Shown here: positions 33,996 through 44,775 of the stretch, in pieces
How positions within the stretch are numbered: position 1 is the first letter of the stretch
Layout of the letters: each line of letters opens with the position of its first letter
Assembly: GCA_038087875.1 (NCBI GenBank)
Contig: JAXLNO010000408.1
Span: 124,001-188,000, forward strand
DNA length: 64,000 nucleotides
DNA from: Malacoraja senta
Lineage: Eukaryota
Direction: 5' to 3'
Notes under the pieces: generated by a model
Told to the model about the DNA's origin: nothing
Databases searched by the model: none
Seen by the model: the letters and a program-made list of their open reading frames with translations, nothing else
Position numbers and translations under genes: made by a program

Positions 33996-34250
33996 AGCTG
34001 GGTGCTGGGGTGAGGAGCAGGGTGCTGGGGTGAGGAGCAGGGTGCTGGGGTGAGGAGCTGGGTGCTGGGGTGAGGAGCTGGGGTGAGGAGCTGGGGTGAG
34101 GAGCTGGGTGCTGGGGTGAGGAGCTGGGTGCTGGGGTGAGGAGCTGGGGTGAGGAGCTGGGGTGAGGAGCTGGGTGCTGGGGTGAGGAGCTGGGTGCTGG
34201 GGTGGAGCAGCAGGGTGCTGGGGTAAGGAGCTGGGTGCTGGGGTGAGGAG
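33996..34250 (+). repeat. GAGCT/GGGGT-rich tandem repeat (13- and 20-bp units) in the J-CH1 intron
   Basis: Units GCTGGGGTGAGGA and GCTGGGTGCTGGGGTGAGGA; 11 AGCT counted in about 255 bp. Confidence 0.9.
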
Positions 34251-34629
34251 GGGAATAAACTGTCCCTGGGTTGCCATCCGGGGGGCATTTAGTGCCAATC
34301 ATGTTGCTGGGTCAGGGGTCAGACATAGGCTTGACTGGGTAAGGACAACAGATCTCCACTGAGGGACAGCAGGGAAACAGAGAGGTCATCATTACTGCGG
34401 ATTAGTGCACAAAATCCAGGTTACTAACAAAAGGAAATCTGACACAGGTGCAATCTGTCCCAGATTATGAACAGAGTTTAAATTCCACAGTTGTTGCAGA
34501 ATTAAACTGATGACTGATTGCAGCCTGATGCCCGTCCATTGGATCAGTGTATCTGTGGAGTCTCGCACAACATTTCCCCCTCACCAGCGGTTTGCCGATT
34601 CTGCTGTGAGCAGAGTGGATCCAGAGTGG

Positions 34630-35090
34630 ATCATGGTCTGGTTTGGCTCAGCCACCAAGCACGACACCCGGAGGCTGCAGCGAATCGTCCGATCAGCAGA
34701 GAAGATTATTGGCTGCAACCTTCCCTCCATTGACGAACTGTACACTGCAAGGGCCAGGAAGCGAGCGGGTAAGATCATCTCTGACCCCTCTCACCCTGGC
34801 CACAAACTCTTTGAATCACTTCCCTCTGGAAGGCGACTCCGGACTGTCAAAGCTGCCACAGCCAGACATAAAAACAGCTTTTATCCACGAGTAGTAGCTC
34901 TACTCAATAACCAAAAATCTGTAGCCTCCTTTTGCTCTGGTATTTTATTTCATTCACATGTTTAATCAATAATGTTTTACGTGTCATTCCTAACTGTCAC
35001 TGTCTGTCATGTTGTCACTTGTGGGCGGAGCACCAAGGCAAATTCCTTGTATGTGAATATTGGCCAATAAACTTATTCATTCATTACACC
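34630..35090 (+). mobile_element. Rex1/Babar-type LINE 3' fragment
   Basis: VWFGSATKHDTRRLQRIVRSAEKIIG...LPSGRRLRTVKA...SFYPRVVALLN. Confidence 0.8.
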
Positions 35091-35399
35091 ACGGCTCTAC
35101 TGTGAACATGCCTCACTGGCCTGTGGGGACACCATGAACTGTGCTCTGTGGATGACCACTGAGATTCACTGAGACACCAGCAGCCCTGGTTAATGGAGCA
35201 AAGCACTTGTTGGACAAACCCAGTCGGCTGACGGAGGAGGGCAAGAACTTAGAGCCATTCCTCCATCTGTGAACTGAGAAAAAGCAGTTCTTTTGTGCAG
35301 CAAAACTCACGTCAAAAACACCAAGTAACTGGACTCAGAATCTAATCTACGAGCATCAGTGAATTCACAATGAAGGATAAAAGGTATTAACCATATAAC

Positions 35400-36160
35400 C
35401 ATATAACCATATAACCATATAACAATTACAGCACGGAAACAGGCCATCTCGACCCTTCTAATCCGTGCCGAACACGTATTCTCCCCTAGTCCCTTCTACC
35501 TGCGCTCAGACCATAACCCTCCATTCCTTTCCCGTCCATATAACTATCCAATTTATTTTTAAATGATAAAAACGAACCTGCCTCCACCACCTTCACTGGA
35601 AGCTCATTCCACACAGCTACCACTCTCTGAGTAAAGAAGTTCCCCCTCATGTTACCCCTAAACTTCTGTCCCTTAATTCTCAAGTCATGTCCCCTTGTTT
35701 GAATCTTCCCTACTCTCAGTGGGAAAAGCTTATCCACGTCCACTCTGTCTATCCCTCTCATCATTTTAAAGACCTCTATCAAGTCCCCCCTTAACCTTCT
35801 GCGCTCCAAAGAATAAAGACCTAACTTGTTCAACCTTTCTCTGTAACTTAGTTGCTGAAACCCAGGCAACATTCTAGTAAATCTCCTCTGTACTCTCTCT
35901 ATTTTGTTGACATCCTTCCTATAATTAGGCGACCAAAATTGTGCTCCATACTCCAGAATTGGCCTCACCAATGCCTTGTACAATTTTAACATTACATCCC
36001 AACTTCTATACAATGCTCTGATTTATAAAAGCCAGCACACCAAAAGCTTTCTTTACCACCCTATCTACATGAGATTCCACCTTCAGGGAACTGTGCACAG
36101 TTATTCCTAGATCCCTCTGTTCACCTGCATTCTTCAATTCCCTACCATTTACCATGTATT
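35400..36160 (-). mobile_element. CR1 3' fragment
   Basis: ORF 35486-36013 RT C-terminus; (AACCATAT)n tail. Confidence 0.88.
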
Positions 36161-36689
36161 GACTTACTAAGGATCTCTAAATGTTGAAATTCAATACAAG
36201 ATGCAAGGAAAACCTGGTGTACTAAACCCCACATCCAGAACCATGTACAACATTCTCTCATTATGTTCAAATCATTCATTGTTGTGAACCTTTGTTTTTG
36301 AACCAAACAGCATCAATTGGTTTTACAATCTAGAGAACCTTCTGTGTTCTGAAACAAGGAGTGTTTGACAGAGCAATGTAGAGGGAGCTTGACTATGTGT
36401 CAAACACTCTATCCCTGCACTGGGAGTATGTAACAGTGTGGAGGGAGCCTCACTCCTTGTCTAACCCGTACCCTGGGTGTGTGTGGGGACAGGTTGGAGG
36501 GAGCCTCACTCCTTGTCTAACCTGTGCTGTCCCTTCCCTGGGAGCGTTGGGATAGGACAGATGGAACGTTGTATCTAATCTGTAGCTGACAGCACAGTGA
36601 CACGGGGAGATATATTCTGTATTTGACTCGTGCTCTGTCTGCCCTGGATATGTTTGATGGGATCGCTTCGCGGGAGCAGGTATTGGAGA

Positions 36690-37262
36690 CATAGAGTGAT
36701 ACAGTGTGGAAACAGGCCCTTTGGCCCATCTTCCCCACACCGACCAACATGCCCCATCTACACTAGTCCCACCTGCCTGCGCTTGGTCCATATCCCTCCA
36801 AACTCTGTCCTATCCATGTACCTGTCCAACTGTTTCTTAAACATTGGGATAGTCCCAGCCTCAACTACCTCCTCCGGCAGCTCGTTCCATACACCCACCA
36901 CCCTCTGTGTGAAAAAGTTACCCCTCAGATTCCTATTAAATCTTTTCCCCTTCACCTTGAACCTATGTCCTCTGGTCCTCAATTGCCCTACTCCGGGTAA
37001 AAGACTGTGGGTATCTACCCAATCTATTCCTCTCATGATTTTATACACCTCTATATGATCTCCCCTCATCCTCCTGCGCTCCATGGAATAGAGACCCAGC
37101 CTACTCAACCTCTCCCTGTAGCTCACACCCTCTAGTCCCGGCAACATCCTCGTAAATCTTCTCTGAACCCTTTCAAGTTTGACAATATCTTTCCTATAAC
37201 ACGGTGCCCAGAACTGAAGACAATATTCTAAACGCGGTCTCACCAACGTCTTATACAACTGC
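36690..37262 (-). mobile_element. CR1 3' fragment
   Basis: YKTLVRPRLEYCLQFWAP...RRRMRGDHIEVYKIM. Confidence 0.85.
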
Positions 37263-38454
37263 CACTGGATTTACAAAATAAATAATAGTTTCATTGAATC
37301 TCAGAGCACAGAACGGGGCCATTCATCTGATTGTGTCCGTACTTGTCCTTGGATGAATAATAGTGTGGTATTAGTGGGAGATTTCAACTTCCCGCATATT
37401 GACTGGGTATCCCACAATATTAAGTGCTAGGATGAGATGGAATTTGTGAACCGCATCTCAGAAAGATTCCTTAATCAACTCAAAGAGGGTTCTGCTGGAA
37501 CCGCTATAGAGAATACAACACTAAACTTCCGCTTCAGATATGAGGCAAGGGATGAGATGTCAGTGTGGAAGCATTTTTAGACCAGTGACCATAGTTCTTC
37601 CAGTTTTAAACACAAAAGGCTAGAGTGCCTCTACGGGTCAGACAGCATCTCTGGAGGAAAGGAATAGATGGTGTTTCAGGTCAAGACTTCTTCAGCCTGA
37701 GAGTCCTTCCCCCTGACTCTCAATCTGAAGAAGGGTCTCGACCCTAAATGTCACAGACTCCCTCTCTCCAGAGATGCTGTTTGACCCGCTGAGTTACTCC
37801 AGCTTTTTGTATCTATCTTCAGTTTAAACCAGCATCTGCAGTTACGTCCTACACCTCTACTAGTTTTAAAGTAGTTATCGAGAAGCATGAAACTGGCCCA
37901 CAAATGAAGATCCTAACTGAGTTAAGGCTGATTTTGGAAGCATTGGTCTGGAACTTGCAGAGTTTGTTTGGGAGAGTCTATTAGTGGTTAGGGGATGGCT
38001 GACATGTGGGAGGCTTTCAAAAGTGGGATAGCCAGAGTGCAGGGGCAGCTTATTAATGTTAGGGTGAAGGGCACGTCTGGCAGGAGACATACCTCAGATT
38101 AAGGCTGTCGCGCTCAAGCGAATGCCTCAGTGGGTATAAGAAGCGTAGGAACACGCTAAAGAATGCACTTGGGCAATAAAGAGGCCATGAAATGGTTCTG
38201 ACAGGCAAGGTCAAGGAAAACCCTAAGAGGGACTCTATAGTCAAATAACGATAAAGTAGTTTGGGGAAGAATAGGTCCCCTTAAAATTCAGATCAGCATG
38301 GCCACCTTCGTGTAGACGCAAGAGATGGGCGAAATATTAAATGAATATTTCCTATCTGCAGTAACTAATGAGAAGATCATGGAAGCTAATGAGTTGAATC
38401 ATAAGAGTTGTGATGTCTTAGATCATAAACAAATGACCAAAGAGGATCTATTTG

Positions 38455-39010
38455 TTTAAGAAGGAACTGCAGACGCTGGAAAAATCAAATGTAGACAGAA
38501 ATGCTGGAGAAACTCAGCGGGTGAGGCAGCATCTATGGAGCGAAGGAATAGGTGGCGTTTCGGGTCGAGACCCTTCTTCAGACTGATGTTGGGGGGGGGG
38601 CGGGAAGAAGAAAGGAAGAGGCAGAGACAGTGGGCGGTGGGAGAGCTGGGAAGGGGAGGGGAAGGAGGGAGAAAGCAGGGACTGCCTGAAATTGGAGAAG
38701 TCAATGTTCGTACCGCTGGGGTGTAAACTACCCAAGCAAAATATGAGGTGCTGCTCCTCCAATCTACGGTGGGACTCACTCTGGGCATGGAGGAGGCCCA
38801 GGACAGAAAGGTCGGATTCGGAATGGGAGGGGGAGTTGAAGTGCTGAGCCACCGGGAGGTCAGGTTGGTTATTGCGGACCGAGCGGAGGTGTTGGGTGAA
38901 GCGATCGCCAAGCCTGCGCTTGGTCTCACCGATGTAGAGCAGCTGACTGTGTCCTTCGCTCCATAGATGCTGCCTCACCCGCTGAGTTTCTCCAGCATTT
39001 CTATCTACCA
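38455..39010 (-). mobile_element. Penelope-like element GIY-YIG endonuclease fragment with terminal repeats
   Basis: LYIGETKRRLGDRFTQHLRSVRNNQPDLPVAQHFNS...LEEQHLIFCLGSLHPSGTNIDFSNFR; hammerhead-like motif at about 38556-38582. Confidence 0.85.
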
Positions 39011-39311
39011 AAGAGGAACTATTGGCAGCTTTCAAGTGCGTAAAGGTGGATAAATCCCCAGTGCTGCACAACTGCATCTTCTGATCCTGTGGGAAGCTCA
39101 GGAAAATAATTAGCTTTCCTTCAGAGGTATTTACATCATCTTTCACCGCAGATTAATCTCCAAAAGACTGGAGGGTGGCTGATACTGAAGCGTAATTGAA
39201 GAAGGACATTAGGGCCAAGCCAGGGATCTACACCAGTGAGCCTGATGTCATTGGTGGGAATGTCCTTAGGGACAGGAACTACCAGTATTTGGATAGGCAC
39301 GGACTGATTAG

Positions 39312-39870
39312 AAACATAGAAACATAGAAAAATAGGTGCAGGAGTAGGCCATTCGGCCCTTCGAGCCTGCACCGCCATTCAATATGATCATGGCTGATCA
39401 TCCAACTCAGTATCCCGTACCTGCCTTCTCTCCATACCCCCTGATCCCTTTAGCCACAAGGGCCACATCTAACTCCCTCTTAAATATAGCCAATGAACCG
39501 GCCTCAACTACCTTCTGTGGCAGAGAATTCCACAGATTCACCACTCTCTGTGTAAAAAATATTTTTCTCATCTCAGTCCTAAAAGATTTCCCCTTTATCC
39601 TTAAACTGTGACCCCTTGTCCTGGACTTCCCCAACATCGGGAACAATCTTCCTGCATCTAGCCTGTCCAACCCCTTATGAATTTTGTATGTTTCTATAAG
39701 ATCCCCCCTCAATCTTCTAAATTCTAGCGAGTACAAGCCAAGTCTATCCAGTCTTTCTTCATATGAAAGTCCTGCCATCCCAGGAATCAGTCTGGTGAAC
39801 CTTCTCTGTACTCCCTCTATGGCAAGAATGTCCTTCCTCAGATTAGGGGACCAAAACTGTACGCAATACT
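39312..39870 (-). mobile_element. Young CR1 3' fragment ((TAGAAACA)n family)
   Basis: LEYCVQFWSPNLRKDILAIEGVQRRFTRLIPG...GEKAGTGY. Confidence 0.88.
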
Positions 39871-41659
39871 CCAAAACTAGGGATAGTCCTAAGTTTACAA
39901 GAAGGTCTAGATCACTTGGGGGGGGGGGGGGTGGACCAAGGATTAGGGACTGCATGGCTTGTGTTTGGGAAGTTGTGCCTCATGAACCTAATAGGTCTGG
40001 CATGGTGGGCTGGTGTGGAAGGTTAGATCACATGGAACCCAACATGAGCAAGCCCAATCAATTCCAAATTAGCTTGGAGGGAGTGGACTGCTGCAGGGGT
40101 CAGTGCTGAGACCACTGTTGTTGGTTATCTACATTAACAGTTTGCCATACAATATCATGGACATTGATAGTAAGTTTGCAGATGACACCAAAATCAGTGC
40201 ATGAGTGGACAGTGAGGAAGGATACGTTTACAAGAAGATCTAGTTCAGTTGGGAAGGGGAGACAAGGAATGCCAAATGGAATTGAATTCTGACAAGTGAG
40301 GGGGTGATGAACTTTGGTAGATCAAACCAGGGCTGGACTTACACAGTAAATGGTAGAGCCTGGAGAGTGTTGTAGAACAGACAGATGGGGAAATACAGGG
40401 GCATGGTTTGCTGAGAGTGGAGAGTTAGGTGGACAGGGAGCTGGGGTGGCTTTGGGCCGACTGCCTTCAAAGGGAAGGGTACTGAGTATAAAGGTTGGGA
40501 CATGATAATGCAGCGGTACAAGTCATTGGTGAGACCACTCTTGGAGTAAGTACTGGGTGCAGTTCTGGTCACCCAGCTACAGGAAGGATGTCATTATATT
40601 GGAAAGGACTTAGAAAAGATTCACCAAGATATTGTCTGGACATGAGTGGTTCTGTTTTAGGAAGAGGGAGGATAAGGTGGGGGGGTTTTCTTTCGAGCAA
40701 AGGACAGAGGGGATGAGGGGATCTTATTGAAACATATAAGATTATTAAGGGTTTGGACACGCTAGAGGCAGGAAACATGTTCCCGACGTTGGGGGAGTCC
40801 AGAACCAGGGGCCACAGTTTAAGAATAAGGGGTCGGCCATTTAGAACGGAGACAAAACACTTTTTCACCCAGAGAGTGGTGAGTCTGTGGAATTCTCTGC
40901 CTCAGAGGGCGGTGGAGGCCGGTTCTCTGGATACTTTCAAGAGAGAGCTAGATAGGGCTCTCAAAGATAGCGGAGTCAGGGGATATGGGGAGAAGGCAGG
41001 AACGGGGTACTGATTGGGGATGGTCAGCCATGATCATATTGAATGGCGATGCTGGCTCGAAGGGCCGAATGGCCTCCTCCTGCACCTATTGTCTATTGTG
41101 TATTGACACTGTGCGGCAACCTTATTGAGGTGAACAAGATCGTGAGGGGCATGGATAAGGTGCATGCCCACAGTCTTTTCCCCAGGATAGAGGTTTCTAA
41201 AACAAGAGGGCACAGGCGTGAGGTGAGTGGGGAGAGATTTAAAAGGGGACTTCAGGGGCATTTATATTCACATGGGGTAGGCGGTATCTAGAATGTGTTG
41301 CCAGTGGAAACTATAAAAGCAGATAGAATTCTGATTATCAAACAAATCCGGTATATGGATGAGAAGGATATGTGGCCAATGGGACGAGCCCAGAAAGCCA
41401 GCTTGGTCGGCATGCACAAGATGGACTGAAGGCAGATGATGGCGAGACTCAGGGAAAGAACAGCCTGTGGCGGTGGGAAATGTACTGTTGCTGGGTAGAT
41501 TCTAACCCTGGAGAAACCCGCCTGTCCCTGGGAAATCCATGGAATTGTTCCAAATATCTCACCGAGTTCAGGTCAATTAGAGAATTCGCAAAGACCATAA
41601 ATGAATGAAACACAACTGGGTGAAATGGAATTAAGATATAGGGAGGTTTCACGGCAGTC

Positions 41660-42525
41660 GGGTCACGACCCATGACCCGTACTGTTGCTACGCTACGCCA
41701 AGTGGAGTACACGCGATGAACTGCAGGTAAGTACTTACCATTGTTTCCAGCGTAGCGGGCCCATTAAAACCCGCCCAAATTGTCAATTTTTGCGCTGTAA
41801 ATAATTATGGAAATCGGGATAAGTGTGAGAGACATTTAGCCTACTTCAGTATTCAAAAAGTGAGGAGAAATGACGGTAGATAGAAGCGAGAGCTGAAGGG
41901 ACAACAACAGCCAAAGTACTTGTCGAACATTGGCCGTTTGCTCACTGCATTTCATCAACTAAGGCATTATTTGTGTTTTTTCTTGATTCCTTTGGCATCT
42001 AAAAAGTTTCAGAAGGGATAAATCTGGCTGTAAAAGTTTAAAATCGCCCATGGTTCTCAAGTGGGTTTTTACATACAAAAATAAAACGCTTCTGAAGCAA
42101 AATTTACAACCAGATTTATCACCTGAGACTTTTTAGATACCAAAGGAATCAAGAAAAAAACCAAAACAAATAATGCCTTACCGTTGATGAAATGCAGTGA
42201 GCAAACGCGATAAATCCCAATATTTTCAATTCCGATATCTGCACGGCCAATGTTCGCCAAGCACTTTAGCTGTTGTTGTCCCTTCAGCTCTCGCTTCTCT
42301 TTACCTTCATTTCACTTCACGTTTGGAATTCTGAAGTTGGGTGCATGTCTCTCACGCTTACCCCGACTTCCACAATTGTTTACAGCGAACAAATTCAACA
42401 TTTTGGCAGTTTTTAACAGGTAGGAAAGTACGCGTTTCTTGCATTAATAACATATACCGGAAGTGACGTATGTCCTCCAGATGGATTAAGCTGCTCCGTG
42501 TGTCAAGCCCTATGACCCAGTGACC
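41660..42525. mobile_element. Foldback element made of two inverted THAP-domain 5' ends of a DNA transposon
   Basis: Arms at about 41770-42030 and 42100-42420 are diverged inverted repeats. They translate as IVNFCAVNNYGNRD...FSIQ and MLNL-AVNNCGSRG...FRIP...LANIGRADI...YRVCSLHFING, which carries the THAP CSxHF motif. Confidence 0.65.
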
Positions 42526-42553
42526 TTACGTGCAACCCCCCTATTGGTCTTAC

Positions 42554-42604
42554 CTGAAGTCACTGTCAGCGAGGTTCCTGCACCCCACTGGCCAAGAGAG
42601 AGAG
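42554..42604 (-). CDS. IgW: IgW JH gene segment
   Basis: CACTGTG heptamer, then ...LGQWGAGTSLTVTS G|GTAAG donor; WGxG motif. Confidence 0.9.
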
Positions 42605-43373
42605 CACAGTGTGAGGGATGGGGCTGCCTCCATACAGAGAGAGCACAGTGTGAGGGATGGGGCTGCCTCCATACAGAGAGAGCACAGTGTGAGGGATGGG
42701 GCTGCCTCCATACAGAGAGAGCACAGTGTGAGGGATGGGACTTCCCCCATACAGAGAGAGCACAGTGTGAGGGATGGGACTTCCCCCATACAGAGAGAGC
42801 ACAGTGTGAGAGAAGGGGCTTCGCCAAGAGAGAGTGCACAGTGTGAGAGATGGGACTTCCTCCATACAGAGAGAGCACAGTGTGAGAGATGGGACTTCCT
42901 CCATAGAGAGAGAGCACAGTGTGAGAGAAGGGGCTTCGCCAAGAGAGAGTGCACAGTGTGAGAGATGGGACTTCCTCCATACAGAGAGAGCACAGTGTGA
43001 GGGATGGGACTTCCTCCATAGAGAGAGAGCACAGTGTGAGGGATGGGGCTTCCTCCATACAGAGAGAGCACAGTGTGAGGGATGGGGCTTCGCCAAGAGA
43101 GAGAGCACAGTGTGAGGGATGGGGCTTCCTCCATACAGAGAGAGCACAGTGTGAGGGATGGGGCTTCGCCAAGAGAGAGAGCACAGTGTGAGGGATGGGG
43201 CTTCCTCCATAGAGAGAGTGCACAGTGTGAGGGATGGGGCTGCCTCCATACAGAGAGAGCACAGTGTGAGGGATGGGGCTTCGCCAAGAGAGAGAGCACA
43301 GTGTGAGAGATGGGACTTCCTCCATAGAGAGAGTGGACAGTGTGAGAGATGGGACTTCCTCCATACAAATAGC
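42605..43373 (+). repeat. Tandem array of 20 J-RSS-derived units (39/37 bp)
   Basis: 19 perfect CACAGTG plus one GACAGTG at 43336. The distal unit has a 22-bp spacer and nonamer ACAAATAGC (43365-43373, 7/9 match to consensus). Confidence 0.9.
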
Positions 43374-43499
43374 TGCCGCAACCAGCCGCTTGAAATCGCG
43401 TCTCTGGGCGTTGCTGCCGCCGCCGCCACCACCTTTCCCCGGGCCCCGTGGATATAAAGCAGATCCCGAGTGCATCATCCGGCACAGGGAACAAGTCCC

Positions 43500-44070
43500 A
43501 CTGGAGATGTGGGAACACAAGCAGCGAGGAGCCGCTGTGGGTGGAGGCACGGTGACAGTCCCGGTGGGCTCTGTCCTGTCCCCTACAGGGGCTGCAATGG
43601 CCGAGACTGGACACACGGACACAGATGGATGTGGCTTGGATGAAGCCGCTGCCCACACTCTGGTGGATATCCTACCATCCGGCAGCATGCGGAGCAAACC
43701 CACCAGATTCAAAAACAGCTTTTCCCCTCAGGCCATCAGACTACTCAACACACTCAAGAGAATTCCATGAACATTACACAAACAAAGACCAACTGGCTGT
43801 CCAATTAACTTGAACTCAATGTCTGCAGTACGCTAGTTGCACTTTTCTATATTGCATCTTTAATTATTGCACCTTAATAACATACCTCAACATGTTACTA
43901 CATTCTGGCACACTGTGAATAATGTATATGTCCATTGTCTATCTTCATTGGTATATTGCCTGTCTGTGTTATAAATATTACTTGTACATTGGAGTATGGG
44001 GAAAGGCAATTTCAATCCTCTGTGTAACTACTTGTGGCATTATTTGAATTGACAATCAAGTTGACTTTGA
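43500..44070 (+). mobile_element. Rex1/Babar-type LINE 3' fragment between V(D) and J
   Basis: ILPSGSMRSKPTRFKNSFSPQAIRLLN followed by a 3' UTR. Confidence 0.7.
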
Positions 44071-44103
44071 CTTACTTTACTATCGGGCTGGATGTGGGAG
44101 CGC

Positions 44104-44131
44104 AGTTTGTGAGCGGCGGTGAATCACCGTG
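44104..44131 (-). promoter_or_regulatory. 12-bp-spacer RSS 3' of V(D)
   Basis: CACGGTG, 12 nt, TCACAAACT (6/9 match, AAA core kept). Confidence 0.75.
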
Positions 44132-44453
44132 ATGTTGGCCACCCATGTCGCACGGTAATAGGTGTCCGTGTCGCCCAGTCTCAGGCCGTTCATTTGGAGA
44201 TAGACCCTTGCTGCTGTCCTTGGAAACTTCCAATCGGCCGCTGAAGGCAGGCGCGTACATGTTGTCACCATTATACCATATCCACGCCACCCACTCCAGC
44301 CCCTCTCTCCCGGAGGGAGACCTGCTTCACCCAGACCACGTCGTTGCTGCCGAGGTCCAGCCCGCTGGTTGCACAGGCAGGTCAGTTTGAGGGACCCGCC
44401 GGGCTTTGCCACTGTGGTCGGGGTGTGATCCAGCACGGACGCGGATCGAACTC
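44132..44453 (-). pseudogene. IgW: IgW VH exon with fused D-like 3' extension; several frameshifts
   Basis: GVRS...KPGGSLKLTC(4-bp duplication)ATSGLDLGSNDVVWVKQV...GLEWVAWIWYNGDNMYAPAFSGRLEVSKDSSK.VYLQMNGLRLGDTDTYYRAT-WVAN. Second Cys codon TGT changed to CGT. Confidence 0.9.
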
Positions 44454-44563
44454 CTGCCAATAAAAGAGAAAAAAACAGTTGAATGAACAGTTGAAGAGGG
44501 TGGCGGAGGCTGAAAGAGTGTCCGAGAAGCAGCTCGGGCCCCGAGTGGGGGGTGGACACCCAC

Positions 44564-44609
44564 CTGGCAGACAGGACAGAAGGACACAGAGATAAGCAGC
44601 GACCCCCAT
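44564..44609 (-). CDS. IgW: IgW leader exon
   Basis: ATG...MGVAAYLCVLLSCLP G|GTGGGT, 46 nt, joins in phase to GVRS in the V exon. Confidence 0.88.
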
Positions 44610-44705
44610 CACTCTGAGCACTGACACTGGATAAGCAGCGACCCCCATCACTCTCAGCACTGACACTGGATAAGCAGCGACCCCCATCACTGTCAGCACT
44701 GACAC
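44591..44705 (-). repeat. 39-bp triplication of the leader start region
   Basis: Three in-frame ATGs at 44609, 44648 and 44687. Confidence 0.92.
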
Positions 44706-44775
44706 ACACTTGGACACTCCAGGAATGGCCGGCTTCAGCTCAGACCGCCTTTGTCTGGAGCCGCAGTCAGCGCTG

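Larger units (their letters stand above)
37360..41340 (+). mobile_element. Old, highly degraded CR1 fragmented by nested insertions
   Basis: VVLVGDFNFPHIDW at about 37365, KVDKSP-like piece near 39040, ADDTK-like piece near 40180, 3' region to about 41340. Younger PLE and CR1 tails are nested inside. Confidence 0.6.

Noticed and set aside
42605-43373. CRISPR-like array
   Set aside because: Eukaryotic context, no unique spacers and no cas genes; the same holds for the other minisatellites.
42510-43712. 400-aa Cys/His-rich ORF as a standalone gene
   Set aside because: It is the repeat array plus J, with no independent promoter or domain; it matters only as a possible CDR3 extension.
43911-43917. 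CACTGTG as a D-segment heptamer
   Set aside because: Lies in a LINE 3' UTR with no nonamer at 12 or 23 bp and no paired RSS.
44093-44131. 23-bp-spacer RSS for V
   Set aside because: The would-be nonamer GCTCCCACA lacks the A tract; the 12-bp reading fits much better.
14119-44609. Assignment as IgM or IgNAR
   Set aside because: Six CH exons with a CH1, a WGxG J, a conventional VH with CDR2 and the Cys-rich short tail fit IgW/IgX. IgNAR lacks CH1, and IgM has four CH exons.
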